A stretch of DNA of 59,495 nucleotides, filler included, from Sphacelaria rigidula (taxonomy: Eukaryota), in NCBI GenBank assembly GCA_964200075.2. It is 9 parts of 9 records of this genome, joined end to end, with 100 filler letters (N's around TTAATTAATTAA, not from the genome) between each part and the next. Parts side by side here need not be neighbours in the genome. Positions count along the whole stretch, not along the records: positions 13,245 to 19,766 come from CAXNAA020019571.1; positions 19,867 to 26,388 come from CAXNAA020019572.1; 7 more parts are not named here. The stretch is one strand, 5' to 3'. This document shows positions 13,145 to 25,190 of the stretch, piece after piece; within the stretch, counting starts at the first letter, position 1; every line of letters begins with the position of its first letter. Under the pieces are notes generated by a model. It was not told the DNA's origin and made no database searches. It saw nothing but the letters and a program-made list of their open reading frames with translations. The translations under genes and the position numbers were made by a program.

Positions 13145-13244
13145 NNNNNNNNNNNNNNNNNNNNNNNNNNNNNNNNNNNNNNNNNNNNTTAATTAATTAA
13201 NNNNNNNNNNNNNNNNNNNNNNNNNNNNNNNNNNNNNNNNNNNN

Positions 13245-13309
<65 letters not shown>
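13245..13309 (+). repeat. (TAA)n microsatellite, probably the tail of a retroposon inserted into the LINE
   Basis: About 21 perfect units at the contig start, abutting LINE coding sequence. Confidence 0.9.
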
Positions 13310-13310
<1 letters not shown>

Positions 13311-13916
13311 TCCCCGTCCTCTTTCGCCATGTGTGGCCACCAACTATCTCTTAACATGGCCATCGTTTTTCCCTGCTGTCTAATTCACCAAAAAATTTCG
13401 TGTCATCTTCGTTCACGTCCCACATCTCCCCCTCTAGCGCGTCCCGTTCCTCCTAGTATAGTTCACATTCTGCCACTATATGACCCCTGCTCTCTATTGC
13501 TTTGCCACAGGCGCAGTTTACTTCCTCCTCCTCTCGACGACTGGTATATCTATTTCTTCTTTCTGTCGGGTCCAGGTCCCTCGCCCGGAATCATAGTTTC
13601 AGATATTTCGCAGCGTCCTTTGGGCCATGCAAATATGTTTCCATACCGATCCCCTCTCTCAACCACCCATATATCTCCAGGTGTTCTTCGTCGTCTACTT
13701 TGCGTCTGAGCGCTCCTTTCCCCCTTTTTTCTATCGTACCTCGTAATTTCGTCTTGTACCCCGCGCCTTCATCTGTGGACAGTATTTCGTCTTGTTTCCT
13801 CCTATATCCTTCCATGTTGTCTCGACTTCTTGATCCCACCTCACTCCAGGCTTCCCTTTCGTACTAAATTGCATACAACTCTATCAACCATAGCTGGCTA
13901 TCTCTTTCTCTGCATG

Positions 13917-14008
13917 AACGGGTGGCCTCAACTTTGGACGTTCCAGACGTTGTGCAACGTCTGCAACGTCCAAAGTTGAGGTTGCAGGCACCCCAGTGGC
14001 CACCCGTG
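13917..14008. mobile_element. 92-bp palindromic CAC..GTG-type (CMC/EnSpm-like) MITE
   Basis: TG|AACGGGTGGCC...GGCCACCCGTG|TG, 2-bp TSD; internal hairpin; removal restores the LINE frame (..SLKNMQRKR..). Confidence 0.75.
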
Positions 14009-14589
14009 TGTTCTTTAAGCTATGCTGTCATCGCCATTTCCTCATGTCTCTATTTGTTCCAAGTGAGTACATTCCCAACTCTGCTCTCAAATCTGGATTA
14101 CTCGTCGTTTTCGAGTATCCAAGTATTTTCTTAGCTGCTGCCATCTGTAGTGTTCCCAACTTCTCCACCAACTTCACGTTCCCCTCCCCTACTTCTCCTG
14201 CATATTTCAGCTTTGGTACGATCACGTTCATCAGGATACATCTCTTGATCCTAGTGTCTAGATGCAGGTATCTGAGGATCACATCCACTCTGCCTATCTG
14301 TGCCTTTCCCTTTCCTTTTACCATGCCTATGTGTGCATCCCAAGAACACTTTATTGAGATCTCTACGCCAAGGTATGTATACTGATCTACGATCGGCAAT
14401 TCCCCTCCTCCCCACTTCCATTTGAACTCTACCGGATTGTTCTTATCTTCGTCACAGACCAGGACCGCAGAATTGTTAACGTTCGCTGTCACTCTCTATT
14501 TCTTAGTGTATTCTAGCGCTTCGTCCATCTGTGTCTGTATTCCTTCCAATGTTTCTGAAATTCCCACAAAAGCATCCGCGAACATCAAT

Positions 14590-14840
14590 GACACTTTCTA
14601 CGATATTCCCCCCCCCCGAAGAAGTGCCTGGTGCGGGGAGGCAAAATCTTCACGTAAATCGAAATGAGAAAAGCCGAGCGCAACAAGCAGCTGAGGATTC
14701 TCACACTTGGGTTCGTTCTCGCCAATGTCGCCCATCTAAGGCGCTTCATGCAGCCGGAACCCAAGCATCAGGCGCTGTGTGTCCATCTTGTTCGTGACAC
14801 TTTTGGGCTGGTTTTGGAGGGGGCTATCGTAGAAAGTGTC
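14590..14840. mobile_element. 251-bp MITE with 4-bp TSD (Sola-like), copy 1
   Basis: CAAT|GACACTTTCTACGATA...TATCGTAGAAAGTGTC|CAAT; homologous to 38596-38846. Confidence 0.9.
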
Positions 14841-16924
14841 CAATCCTGATACAATATCTTCACCCACCTTGACCCCTTGCTTTGCAGCTCCTATTGCGAT
14901 TATCAAGTCATTAAGAAACACCTCGAACAAAATGAGTGATAACGTACATCCTTGTACAACTCCTTGTAAGATATCAAAATGTTTCGATATTTCCCCGTCT
15001 AACAGCATGGCACTTTTGGCCATTCTGTCATATTCTCCACCATTCTCCACATCTTTTCTCTGATTCCAGCTTCCAGGTTCCTGCAACGTTTTTCCACAAC
15101 CCATTTTTCCATACTGTGTCATTAGCCTTTTGCCTGTCCAGAAAGAAACAGTAGGCTGTCAGCCCGATGTCTTTCCTATCCTGCATAATCTTACCTAGTG
15201 TGTACACATGGTCTACGCAACTACGGTTTGGCCTCAATCCTGTTTGCCCCTCGCTGATTATCTCTTCCTTTTCTAGCATCGTTCCTACTCTATCGTTCAG
15301 AATCTTACAGAATATTTCCCCTACTGTGCTTAGTTGCGTTATCCCTCTATAATTTCCTGGGTCAGCCCTGTCTCCTTTCTTGGGAAGGTTGACGACTACT
15401 CATTCTCTCCACCTCGTGTGTGTGTACTCTTTTCCCAGATCCAGTTGTATATAATAACCATCATGGTAATCATTCCTTTCCTCCCGTACTTTGGGAACTC
15501 ATTCACAATGATATCTGCCCTTGCTGCCTTTTTGTTCTTGAGTCTAGCTACGCACTCCTTTACTTCATATCTAGTAAACTCTCACTGCAATTCTTTCGAG
15601 CCACTACCCTCCCGTTTTGACGCCTCTACATTTGCCTTTGCCCACGCGTTGATTTCCTTCTTGACTTTTATGTATGTGTTTGTTTTCGGTGCTCCTAGTT
15701 TACGGTTGTGCTCGACTAGTACTTCTCTTTTCTCGGTTTCGAACTACTGGCCATTTTACCGTTTTGTGCCCGTAGTATGACTATCCCGTTGTCTATCTTC
15801 CTCGCCTGGTTTCCCATCATCCCTTTTTTTCCTACCCACATTTGTTTCATCCCGCACTCGAAATCTTCATTTGTTTTATTCACTATTCACTACAATTTCT
15901 CAAACTCCCTTCTTTTGCTGTTGTGTCATCTTTGTAACTTCCTTTTGAGCTTTAGTATACTCCTCCCATCTTGCCGTACTTTTTTGCTCGATATCCATCT
16001 CGCGTGGGCCTCTCTCCTTACTCTGATAGCCTCTTTCACTTCCTCATCCCACCATTTTACTGCTCTGTTGCATACGATCAATTTCCTTCCTATAACTTCA
16101 CTCGCTGTGTTATTGACCAGCTGCTTCTATCCTTTTATGATCTTCGCTCCTGCCCGATTTCTTTCCATGTCGGTATCAACTGTACCTACGCGTTCCAACA
16201 GCTCAGAAACGTTTACTGCATTTTTGGCCATGTCCTTCTTGGAACTCTTGCCATTTTCTTCCAAATCTAGTTTACGGATTCTCCATTTGTACAACTTTCT
16301 ACCCTGTCTATTTCTTTTAGCTCTCGTCTGCTAGCTTTCTGTCCATATCAGGCAGTGATCTGTGGTCCCCGCGTCCTCCGCGCACTCATGTACTTCCATT
16401 TGTTTACTATTTCCATGATCTGCCACTACATAGTCAAAAACGGAACGGCCTCTCTTATTTTCTTTGCATTTTCTAGTCCATGCCCATTGCGCCTCTAGCT
16501 TGTGTTCTCTATCGTTCAGCGTCTTCATCTCGTTATCCTCAAGGAAGTTCAGCATTTCTACCCCATTCGTGTTCTTCGTGCCTTCGCCGTATTGCCCAAT
16601 GATGTCATCCGGCTGACCTGCTCTTCCTACCCTTGCATTAAAATCTCCCACTAAGATTACTTCTCCTTGCCTTTAGTATTCATGTGCATCTGCTGCTATA
16701 TCTCCTATCCTACGCTGACTACCGTCCACCCTACTCTTCGAATCTGGGGGCATATAGATGTTCCCTACGAAGAAGTCCTTCGTTTCCCCTCTCCTGGTAC
16801 CCTTAGCCATATGCTCTCGTCGAATTTCGTGTCGTCGATCACTTCTATATTGACACACAGATATTCCTTGACCGAAAGTCCTACCCCCTCCGCGCCCCTG
16901 TTCTTGGACTTTTGTTCCTTCCGC

Positions 16925-17217
16925 CACGGGTGGCCACTGGGGTCTGTAACCTGGCCATTTTGGGACCTTATCCACCTTTGGTAAGGTCCGCGGATTGGGT
17001 AGACAACTGAAGAGCATTGGCAAAGCATGGACAGGATCGAAACAAAACACATCCCAGTCTATAGGCGGGTGATTCCCCTGTAGACTGGAACATGCTTTGT
17101 TTCGAACCTGTCCATGCTGTGCGAATGCTCTTCAGTTGTCTACCTAATCCGCGGACCTTACCAAATGTGGATAAGGTCCCAAAATGGCCAGGTTATAGAC
17201 CCCAGTGGCCACCCGTG
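16925..17217. mobile_element. 293-bp foldback MITE, CAC..GTG termini, 2-bp TSD (CMC/EnSpm-like)
   Basis: GC|CACGGGTGGCCACTGGGG...CCCCAGTGGCCACCCGTG|GC; the two halves are near-perfect inverted repeats. Confidence 0.9.
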
Positions 17218-17701
17218 GCTTTTCCCTATCCATGCGTATTCTTCAACTTTGTATCCTATTTTCGCCCCCTCTTTCTCCCATGACTCTTGAAACCTACTAT
17301 ATCTAGGTCGTGTTTACTCAGTTGTTGTGCCATCTGTTTTCTTTTGGGCTTGTCTGTGGCGAATCCACACACGTTCCACGATCCTATTCTCAACTTCCTT
17401 TCCGAATCATCATCTGCTCTCTTTTTGTCTCCTATCCTCTTTTCGTGCCTCTCACTTCTACTTTCAATTGCTTGATTGTATTGCCCCTTCCCGGTTTGGT
17501 CTTTGTCCATTCGCTTCGGGCCGCTACTTCTCCTCCCCTTCCCTTTCCGGGCATTTACCTGCCCCTGCCTCTCTTTCCCTCCCTTTGCCCGTGCACAACG
17601 TCTTAGGTTTGTTACTCCTTTAGCAATGCATACTCTCTACCCTACCCGATGCCTTTCTTGTCTCTATCATTTCCCACTCCTTGCTCGCGCTCTGTTTCAA
17701 A

Positions 17702-18140
17702 CACGGGATCTTACAAATTGAGGATGCATCTTTTATTGGGGATGAGAAACCCGGAGAATTGAAATCTTCGTATCCACACCAAATCTTCGGAATATGTTCA
17801 ATTTCTTCACCTACTGATAGCTATTGACAACTGCTACACGCCATAGAAATTTGGAATTCGATCACCGAAATGTTGGGGTCCGAGGTGAAAAAACAATTTT
17901 TGGGGAATTCCGGGTGTCCGAACGGACGCCAAAAGGTTCCGAAGTTGTTTTTGCACCTAGGACCCCAACATTTCGATGATTGAAATCCAAATTTTTATGG
18001 CGTGCAGCAGTTGTCAAAATATATCAGTGGGTGAAGAAAGGGGACTATATTTCGAAGATTTGGTGTGGATACGAATATTTTAATTCTCCGGGTTTCTCAT
18101 CCCCAATAAAATACCCTTCCACAATTTGTAAGATCCCGTG
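17702..18140. mobile_element. 439-bp foldback MITE with CACGGG..CCCGTG termini
   Basis: CACGGGATCTTACAAATTG...CAATTTGTAAGATCCCGTG; inverted arms run most of the length; TSD not clear. Confidence 0.85.
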
Positions 18141-18261
18141 TTTTTAGGCTGTCTCGGAAGTGTTTTCCCTCCCTTTATACCGTTCCTTTTTCCACACAGT
18201 ATAATCCAACTTCAATGCGTGTTTTCTTCAAGTCTATTCTCGTCATGTCGTTACGGACGCC

Positions 18262-18514
18262 GAATACCAGGCTACGGTAGGGGGAGGGGTATTTCGGGGC
18301 GTTTTTCACCACGAAATTCTACTTCCAATCGTCGTTGTTAGCAGTAACAGCAGTTCGAACGCGCTTGCTTCCGATATATAACGCTTTTTAGTGCTGTTTC
18401 ACACCACGTGTACCCAAATACAAGCGCAGCGCCAGTGTGTTGGGTCGTCTGACGCACCTATGAACCCATTTTTTCGTGGAATCGAACCCCCCTTCCCCTA
18501 TCGTAGCATCACTC
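18262..18514. mobile_element. Degenerate GAG..CTC-type MITE
   Basis: GCTACGGTAGGGG at left, CCCCTATCGTAGCATCACTC at right; left terminus eroded. Confidence 0.55.
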
Positions 18515-20215
18515 TCAAGTATCTCATCAGTGCACCAATTTCAGGTGGGGCGTTCGATGTAATGGGGTCTTTACAATAAAATACCGTACGGCAGGGGGTT
18601 GGTCACGCAAACTGTCGGAACATGAAAGACGTTCATTCCAATGAGGTTGGATAACCTTGTTTCGGTAGATAAAGTTGGTCGAACGAATACACACTCTACA
18701 CTTTCAGAACTATATCAACCCAGCCTCCGATATACAAGAACGGCCAACTCTAGTTGAGGGGGAGTCGGCATGCAACCTGACCGATGGTTTAACCAACTCA
18801 ATTGTCCAAACGGGGCAGTTCCGAACACGTGCACGAGGACTCAAATATACACACAAACACACATACATACAACCACGACGCAAAAGACTCACGCAAAAAC
18901 CAAAGCATAAACGGCGGGGGTGTTCCGCTATGCGAGGTGGGAGCACCTAGGCGACGCCATACGGAGGGGAGAATACAGAGTGCATCAGGGCTTGTCTTTC
19001 TTCCATGGGTTATCGGTATTCCGGAGAATGACGCCGTCTATGTTGTCATCGTCATGACGCTGTAGACACCAGGATCCGCGGCGAAATGACGACGCTTCAG
19101 TGTGGTAAGGGCCGGTATTTTCGACAGAGGTTTTCGGGAGATCGTCCGAATTTTAGTCGTTTTCGCACTTTGTTTCGCACTTTCTCCCAAAATGAAGCGG
19201 CGAAATTGTTTCGCCAAGCTTTCACGTTTGGCGAAAGTCCGATTTTTCGCACCCCAGCACAATACTCTGTAGAGCTGTCCTTGGCGCACGCCGTGGCGCT
19301 CGCAAGCATGCGATAGTAATCAGGAACCTTGCTAGTGACACCCTGGGCTATGTCGCAGAGTAAAAAGCACCGCGGGGTGGCGGCGGTATCTATCTCCTTA
19401 GACGGTGTGTGCCCCGGCAGCGGTGTTGGAGCTTTTGGGGTCAAGCACGGTGGTCGTCGTTTGCAGACATACGCACTTTCGAAGTGAAGAGCAGAAACAA
19501 TCCAGTAGCTATCTACTTGCCTGCTGTGCTGCTACGTGTGTACGCTACCGCACCGTCTGAAAAGTGTATAGCTGGTGGTTTAATTGGGTGTATCTGCGCA
19601 TACAACTCACAGAAAGCAAGCACGCTGCAATCTATCTACGGGGCTTTCTACAGTCGGTATTTTTACTCGTGTATGCTGCTCCAGCATCCCGAGAGAGCCG
19701 GTCGATCACGCCCTAGCCTGTCCGACTGCCCCCCCGTGTCACAGAGAGGTTGTGAGAAGGATGTTTNNNNNNNNNNNNNNNNNNNNNNNNNNNNNNNNNN
19801 NNNNNNNNNNTTAATTAATTAANNNNNNNNNNNNNNNNNNNNNNNNNNNNNNNNNNNNNNNNNNNNCCAGATAAGGTACGATTGACAAATAATTCCCAGA
19901 TCAGGTATACCTCGGCGAAATGTGGCCTACAAAAGGTAAGCGGTTTCTGGAGGTGAGATGTCCGTTTTCGCGAGTCCGTATCTCTTGAGTCACATGTTTT
20001 TTATCCGTGTTTTTTCGAGTCTAGGGTGCCAATGGCCCCTCCAAACGATGTGCGTGAAAAATCCGGAGCGAAAACGGTCAAGATGGCGTGTTTGGCTTTT
20101 TTCGCGTTTCTGGCTATTGTTCGTACCTTTCCTAGGCAAAAAACAAGAAGGTATACCTTGTATAAGCCATTGCCCAAAAATAATTTGCCAAGACATGCCC
20201 CTAGGCCGCTTCTTA

Positions 20216-21305
20216 GGCCGTGTCTTGGGCCGTGTCTTATCAAATTGTTTTCGTGTCGAAAACGCGCGGTCGAATCAAATTCGCTCGTTTCTGATTCGTC
20301 GACGTTACTTATTTTCTCAGATGGTTGAGAACATGAATGCCGTGGACGTATCAGGTACTAGCAAATTGGATTCCACCGTACGTTTTCGTGTCGAAAACAA
20401 TTTGATACGACACGGCCTAAAAAAAAAAGTTCGACTCGAACAAGTTCGTGCGGCGGAACTGATTCACTTCGCTGTGCTATGTTCTGGGCCGAGCGAATTT
20501 GCACGCTTTGAATCGAAAAGGCTGAGCGAAATTTATGAAACGGCACTTCTTTACTTATATATAGTAGTACAGTACAGACAGTACAGACTGTACAACAGTG
20601 GCGGCCTGTACTGTTACAGGTGTCACGTAGATATTGTAGTAGATAGTGTGTGTTGATTTGCACAGCATGCGAGCGCAATGTGGAAAAGGAAGCGGGCATC
20701 GCATCATGCAGACAGCACAGTGTTCTGACTCTCTGCATACAGGAGGATGCGGAGCACATTTGAAATACGAGCAGTTTTGCACCGCCTCTACTGTCCATGA
20801 GCACCTTGGCAGTTCGATCGCCCACCCCAACACGCAACTCAGTCGGTGGACCCTGCCACAAGATCCTGCCACAAAATCAGATGCCCAAGTTTTTGCCAAC
20901 AAGAAGAAATGCATCATGTCAAAAGTGTGGTGGTGTCGGTCCCCTATCACCCCAGTGTTACAGTATATATCCCTGCGCTCAGTTCGTGGTCTATGCCGCA
21001 GGGTTGAGTAGGTAGCTGCGAATGAGCCATATGGGTTTTGCGTAATTCTGTGAACGGGTAGCATCTGGCACGGTTGCCTGAAACACAGGGGTTACGTGCC
21101 CCTTCGTTTATTCCGCCGCTCGTTTCGCTCGAAAAAGCTAAGCTTTTATATTTTTGGCCCTGCCCGTCGTGCGCATCTGATTATAAAATGGACTTGAATC
21201 CATCTGGGAATATAAATGCCGTGGACGTATCTGATACGGCCTCGTAGCGACCAATTCGATTCGACCGCATGTTTTCGAGTCGATTTTTTCTTATAAGACA
21301 CGGCT
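20216..21305. mobile_element. PIF/Harbinger-like element Y nested in X
   Basis: TTA|GGCCGTGTCTT...TTATAAGACACGGCT|TTA, 3-bp TSD. Confidence 0.75.
20228..20417. mobile_element. Harbinger/Tourist-like MITE Z nested in Y; free copy at 24078-24271
   Basis: GGCCGTGTCTTATCAAATTGTTTTCG...CGAAAACAATTTGATACGACACGGCC TIRs. Confidence 0.8.
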
Positions 21306-22270
21306 TTATAGTCTGAAAAAAGTCTCTGAGAAAAGTCATTTTGAACGACTTCCCTCAGAAACTTTCTACTTAGAAATTAGTTTTCAAAACCCCACCTTTT
21401 AGTGTATGAATAAATCCTGGGGATTTGTATGCCCGAGGCCATCATCTAGCCTGCGTGCACACGCTGGTAGTGGTCATCATTTGCATTTTGTGCTTGTGCC
21501 ACCTGCGGTGAGCCTGCGGTAAACCAACACGTGAATAATCCTGTCGAGGTACAGGATGGATGGGATGGCAACACACACAGTAGCTACAGGTATTATAGGG
21601 ATCGAAATGATGGGCGTATCAACCCTAACTTCAGCCGATCGCCGCTTGGTACAGTAGTCGTGTCGCAAGCGGTGCAATGTGTGCAGCAGATGGTTGGTAG
21701 TGCGGTAGCAACCGTCTCAGTACGCAGAATACTACAGAGCCCGCAATCGGTGGTGGGCACGACGAGCATGAAACGATACGGGCAGTCAACGCAACCAGCA
21801 GGGGCGACATTGTGCTATTGTACGGTAGTAACGCTGCCGGCAAAAAACACCGTACTGTCTGTACTGTCTGTCCCTGGTCCTACGGCCATGAAGAGGATGC
21901 ACGGGGTGCTGCAGCAGCTACGCTGTTGGCACGGTACTGTACATACAACATGGACAACTACTTTTGCACTGACCGTACCACGCTTGTATGCGAGGAGTGC
22001 GTGATGGAGCCCTGACTGTACTATTGCGGGTGCGGTGTGCGAGGAATCTGTGATGGAACGACAATTACCAGACAAAGAAAAGTCTCTGCGAAGCGATAGA
22101 TTTTCGCAGAGAGATTTGGCAAATCCCGCTGTCTGCAAATTGTGGCCAGTTTCCAGAGACTTTTAAAATGAAAAATGGACCTATAAGATCGCGTTCTGAA
22201 ACAAGTCTGTGGAGACTGACCAAAACGGCTTTTCTCAGAGACTGTTTTCAGTCTATAAGAAGCGACCCTA

Positions 22271-22755
22271 TGGCGAACAAAAAAAGATCCTGTAGATATG
22301 CTTAATTGGTCCTTCTTCGTCATTTTACGCCCCAAAAGAGAGCTGGGCGGAGTGTGACACCTTGGAATGATTTGCTCTACTCTTTGAGACGGTTCCAGGA
22401 CATCTTCGCGTTTTCCGGTGGCCGCAGTTTCTTTTTCGTCAAAATTATGTTTTTTCTCGGAGACCGGTTACTTTTCTCCGAGACCAGCCGGGTCCACAAA
22501 TTCTCCGAGATTTGGCCGGACTTGACCGGTCTCCGAGAGAAGTGACCGGTCTCCGAGAAAAGTGCAAATTTGGGCAGGAAAATGTTTTCGGCCACCTGAA
22601 AAACGCACAGGTGCGGTGGAACCGTCTCAACCCAGTACAACGACATTCCAAGGGGTCAATATCTGCTTAGCTCTCTTTTAGGGCGTAAGACGACGTAGAA
22701 GCACCGAGATGGCACTTCTCTAGAGTTTTATTGTCGTCTGCCGTAAGAAGCGGCC
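22271..22755. mobile_element. Harbinger-like MITE W (remainder after the X insertion)
   Basis: Ends GCCGTAAGAAGCGGCC|TAA; homologous to the intact copy 48699-49224; begins exactly after the TTA position of the W TIR. Confidence 0.75.
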
Positions 22756-23349
22756 TAACGAGGAAGCACAAAACGGACTTACTTGAAAGAGCGATCATTC
22801 TTCCGGCATTGGGCGTAGTCAGGAATAGATCTGGAGAGACCTCAATGGGGGCAAGTGAAGCAAATGACCAAGACAGGTTACGACTACACTACAGAGCCCT
22901 ATCAAACACGCACAGACACCTACAGCACAAGCGCATCACGTTTAGCGCTAGCTCTTACTCATCTCCACGAGCTGGGCTAGCTTGGAGCCGTTTTCGGCGC
23001 GTGAATAGCTTTACACCGCCCGATTCGAAGAGTCAAGAAGATGGAATTCTTGTACAAGTTTTCGTCCCATCTTCACGAAACAAAAGATGAGAATGAAACG
23101 ATGGCAATGACGTTGATACAATGGTCATGGTCCACAACTTCATTATGACGAGAGTTCGCCCGCCTTTCCTGTCGAGGGCAAAAGAAAAAAAAAATTCGAT
23201 GGCGATGACAACACCCAAAAACAGCCCAGGTATGCCCAGCAGGACGGCGATCATCCGTGAGGTGTGTGGACATTGCCGCACGGTCGAAACGCGGACCGCC
23301 TCCCGCACGAGGAGGAGAAGCAGCAGCAGTGGCAACAACAACATTTTTA

Positions 23350-23568
23350 CTACCAGTAGCTGTGTACGGGTGGGGATAGGACTGAAGCAGCCGGTGCCGG
23401 TACTAATGGTGGTGGTAATAATGGTAGTGGTCTTCCCTGTGCAAGAGGCGGTCTGCGTTTTAACCGAGCGACGCCGCCCATGCACCTTGCGCGAGATTGC
23501 CACCCTGCTGAGAATCTCGTGGTCCGTTCTACTCGCCGATGGGCCCATGCTTGCTCGCTATTATAGTG
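23350..23568 (-). CDS. Possible Pro-rich terminal exon, product unknown
   Basis: TTTCCCAG acceptor, 73-codon open frame (HYNSEQAWAHRRVERTT...PLPLLPPPLVPAP...YW*); no domain recognised. Confidence 0.3.
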   Translation of the reverse strand, partial: HYNSEQAWAHRRVERTTRFSAGWQSRARCMGGVARLKRRPPLAQGRPLPLLPPPLVPAPAASVLSPPVHSYW

Positions 23569-23707
23569 CTGGGAAATAGAGTTGTGCGAGTATCTCGTTC
23601 GGAGCTGTGCACGTCGGGTGTATATTCCACGCGTGGCTACCGCTGATGAATCGAAAGCTAGCTGTGCACCCCATGAAGATCCGATAAGTCAGTAGAGCTG
23701 AGGTTTG

Positions 23708-23930
23708 TCTACCACTTGGTAGCGCGAAGAACTTTCTCGAAAATTGATGATTTCGAATAACCCTAACGCTAACCCTAACCCCAATCCTCACTTCAACGAA
23801 GGCATGCCGAGAACCCTTCGGGCATGGGGGGTGCAAAGTGTTCCCTAGGTAAAGTGTGCGTTGCCAGGCATCCAATCGGTGCTGCCGGCGCCCATGTAGA
23901 CAAAAACGCGTTCTGCCCACGCTAGGGGCA
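23708..23930 (-). mobile_element. TTAGGG-containing repeat family member; others at ~28400-28640 and 30627-30945
   Basis: TAACCCTAACGCTAACCCTAACCC followed by a ~150-bp core homologous to the other two copies. Confidence 0.65.
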
Positions 23931-24474
23931 CCAACCTCCGAACGACTCCCTCTTTGCAACCCTTTCACGTCGCTTTCGCATTCTCGTCGTATTTTTCCTC
24001 CGTGGTCACTTTTCTGATTTTCCAAAATGATTAGTTTCTCTCAGAGTGATTCCGGGGGCGATGAAAATGGGGCATCAGATCGTGTTTTATAAAAACGATT
24101 TGGTGTCGAAAACGTGCGGTGGGGTCGAATTCTCGTGTACCTGGTACGCCCACGGCATTTATGTTCCTAACCGTCTGATAAAATAAATGGCGTTGACGTA
24201 TCAGGTACGAACAAACAAATTCAGTTGCACCGCACGTTTTCGACACCAAATCTTTTTTGTAAGACGCGGTCTTAACCCTCAACCAATTGGAAGGACAAGA
24301 AAAAAAACACGGAAACCGCCAGAATTATCACTCTCACTGTGCGTTTTTTCCTTTTTTTTTGTCTCGCTAAGACGGATCTTTATATCAAAACGCAATTTTT
24401 TTTTTGCCTGGGCAAAAAGACAAGAAAAACGACAGCAAATTAAAGCCAGTTCAAGAGTCTGACAAAGCTTTCGA

Positions 24475-25190
24475 CGTGATGAAGATATACCGGGACATAA
24501 TCTGCTCAATTGAATTAGCGGGCGAAGCTCGCATCGCGAGCCAAACCTCCCACACACAGATGAGGGTAACCCAAAGTGGATTGAAAGAAGCACGGTTATG
24601 GCCGAGTGTTCAAAGTCGGCACTGGCCCAAGATTGAAGACCTCTCCGCAATCAGACGGAGGACTAAAACATGGGACATATCCTGTTTCACTACTGTGCCG
24701 CAGCAGAAAAACTCAAGCCCCCTCTCATGTGTTGGAGCTTCCACTGTTGTCTGCTCTGTTGTTGTGATGTGTTCACGCATTGCGGAGACGGTTTGGATTG
24801 CATGAGCTGCGATATTGCCGTTGTGTTCGTCTCTGCAGAAAACAATGTTACTCGGCACGTGGTGCTTGCTGGCTGCACACTGTTGGAAGCTTCATGGGTG
24901 TGTTGACTGTTTCGTCTTCGGTGAGACGAACAACGCGCTGTCCGTTGCTGCGACACTCCTGCTGGTGCCGTGCCTTGGGCGCCTGTACCCTACCGTACTG
25001 CTGTATTGTGTTCAGTGTACAATACTGTATTATCTATGATTATGTATTGGGTTGGAGCCCGCTACAAGTTAGACCGCACGAACACTTGGTTTTAGAGTAC
25101 TCCCCTGGCGATTGGTTCCCAAGCGAAATGAAGCGATCTGATTGGTATAATAGTTATCAAGCGAATCTGTCCCGTTCCAAATCTAGTCTG
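24475..25190. repeat. ~720-bp dispersed repeat, copy 2
   Basis: Colinear with 11640-12362. Confidence 0.85.

Larger units (their letters stand above)
13310..17700 (-). mobile_element. Decayed APE+RT non-LTR retrotransposon (LINE) with nested MITEs
   Basis: APE motifs IGSWNVCG, GDFNARVG, DHCLIW; RT motifs EGQTGLRPNRSCVDH, FFLDRQKANDTVW, QGVVQGCTLS, LMFADA, YTYLG; C-terminal CACG...HIVAEC; many stops and frameshifts. Confidence 0.93.
20204..22267. mobile_element. PIF/Harbinger-like non-autonomous element X (left TIR split by element Y)
   Basis: CTA|GGCCGCTTCTTA[Y]TAGTCTGAAAAAGTCTCTGAGAAAAG...CTTTTCTCAGAGACTGTTTTCAGTCTATAAGAAGCGACC|CTA; a second X terminus at 26489-26669. Confidence 0.8.

Noticed and set aside
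13245..13309. (TAA)n as the native tail of the adjacent minus-strand LINE
   Set aside because: It abuts LINE coding sequence (..WWPHMAKEDG) with no 3' UTR and is in the opposite orientation to the (TAA)n tail seen at 13071-13144.
23758..23785. True telomere or chromosome-fusion scar
   Set aside because: Only 3-4 degenerate units, embedded in a dispersed repeat family.
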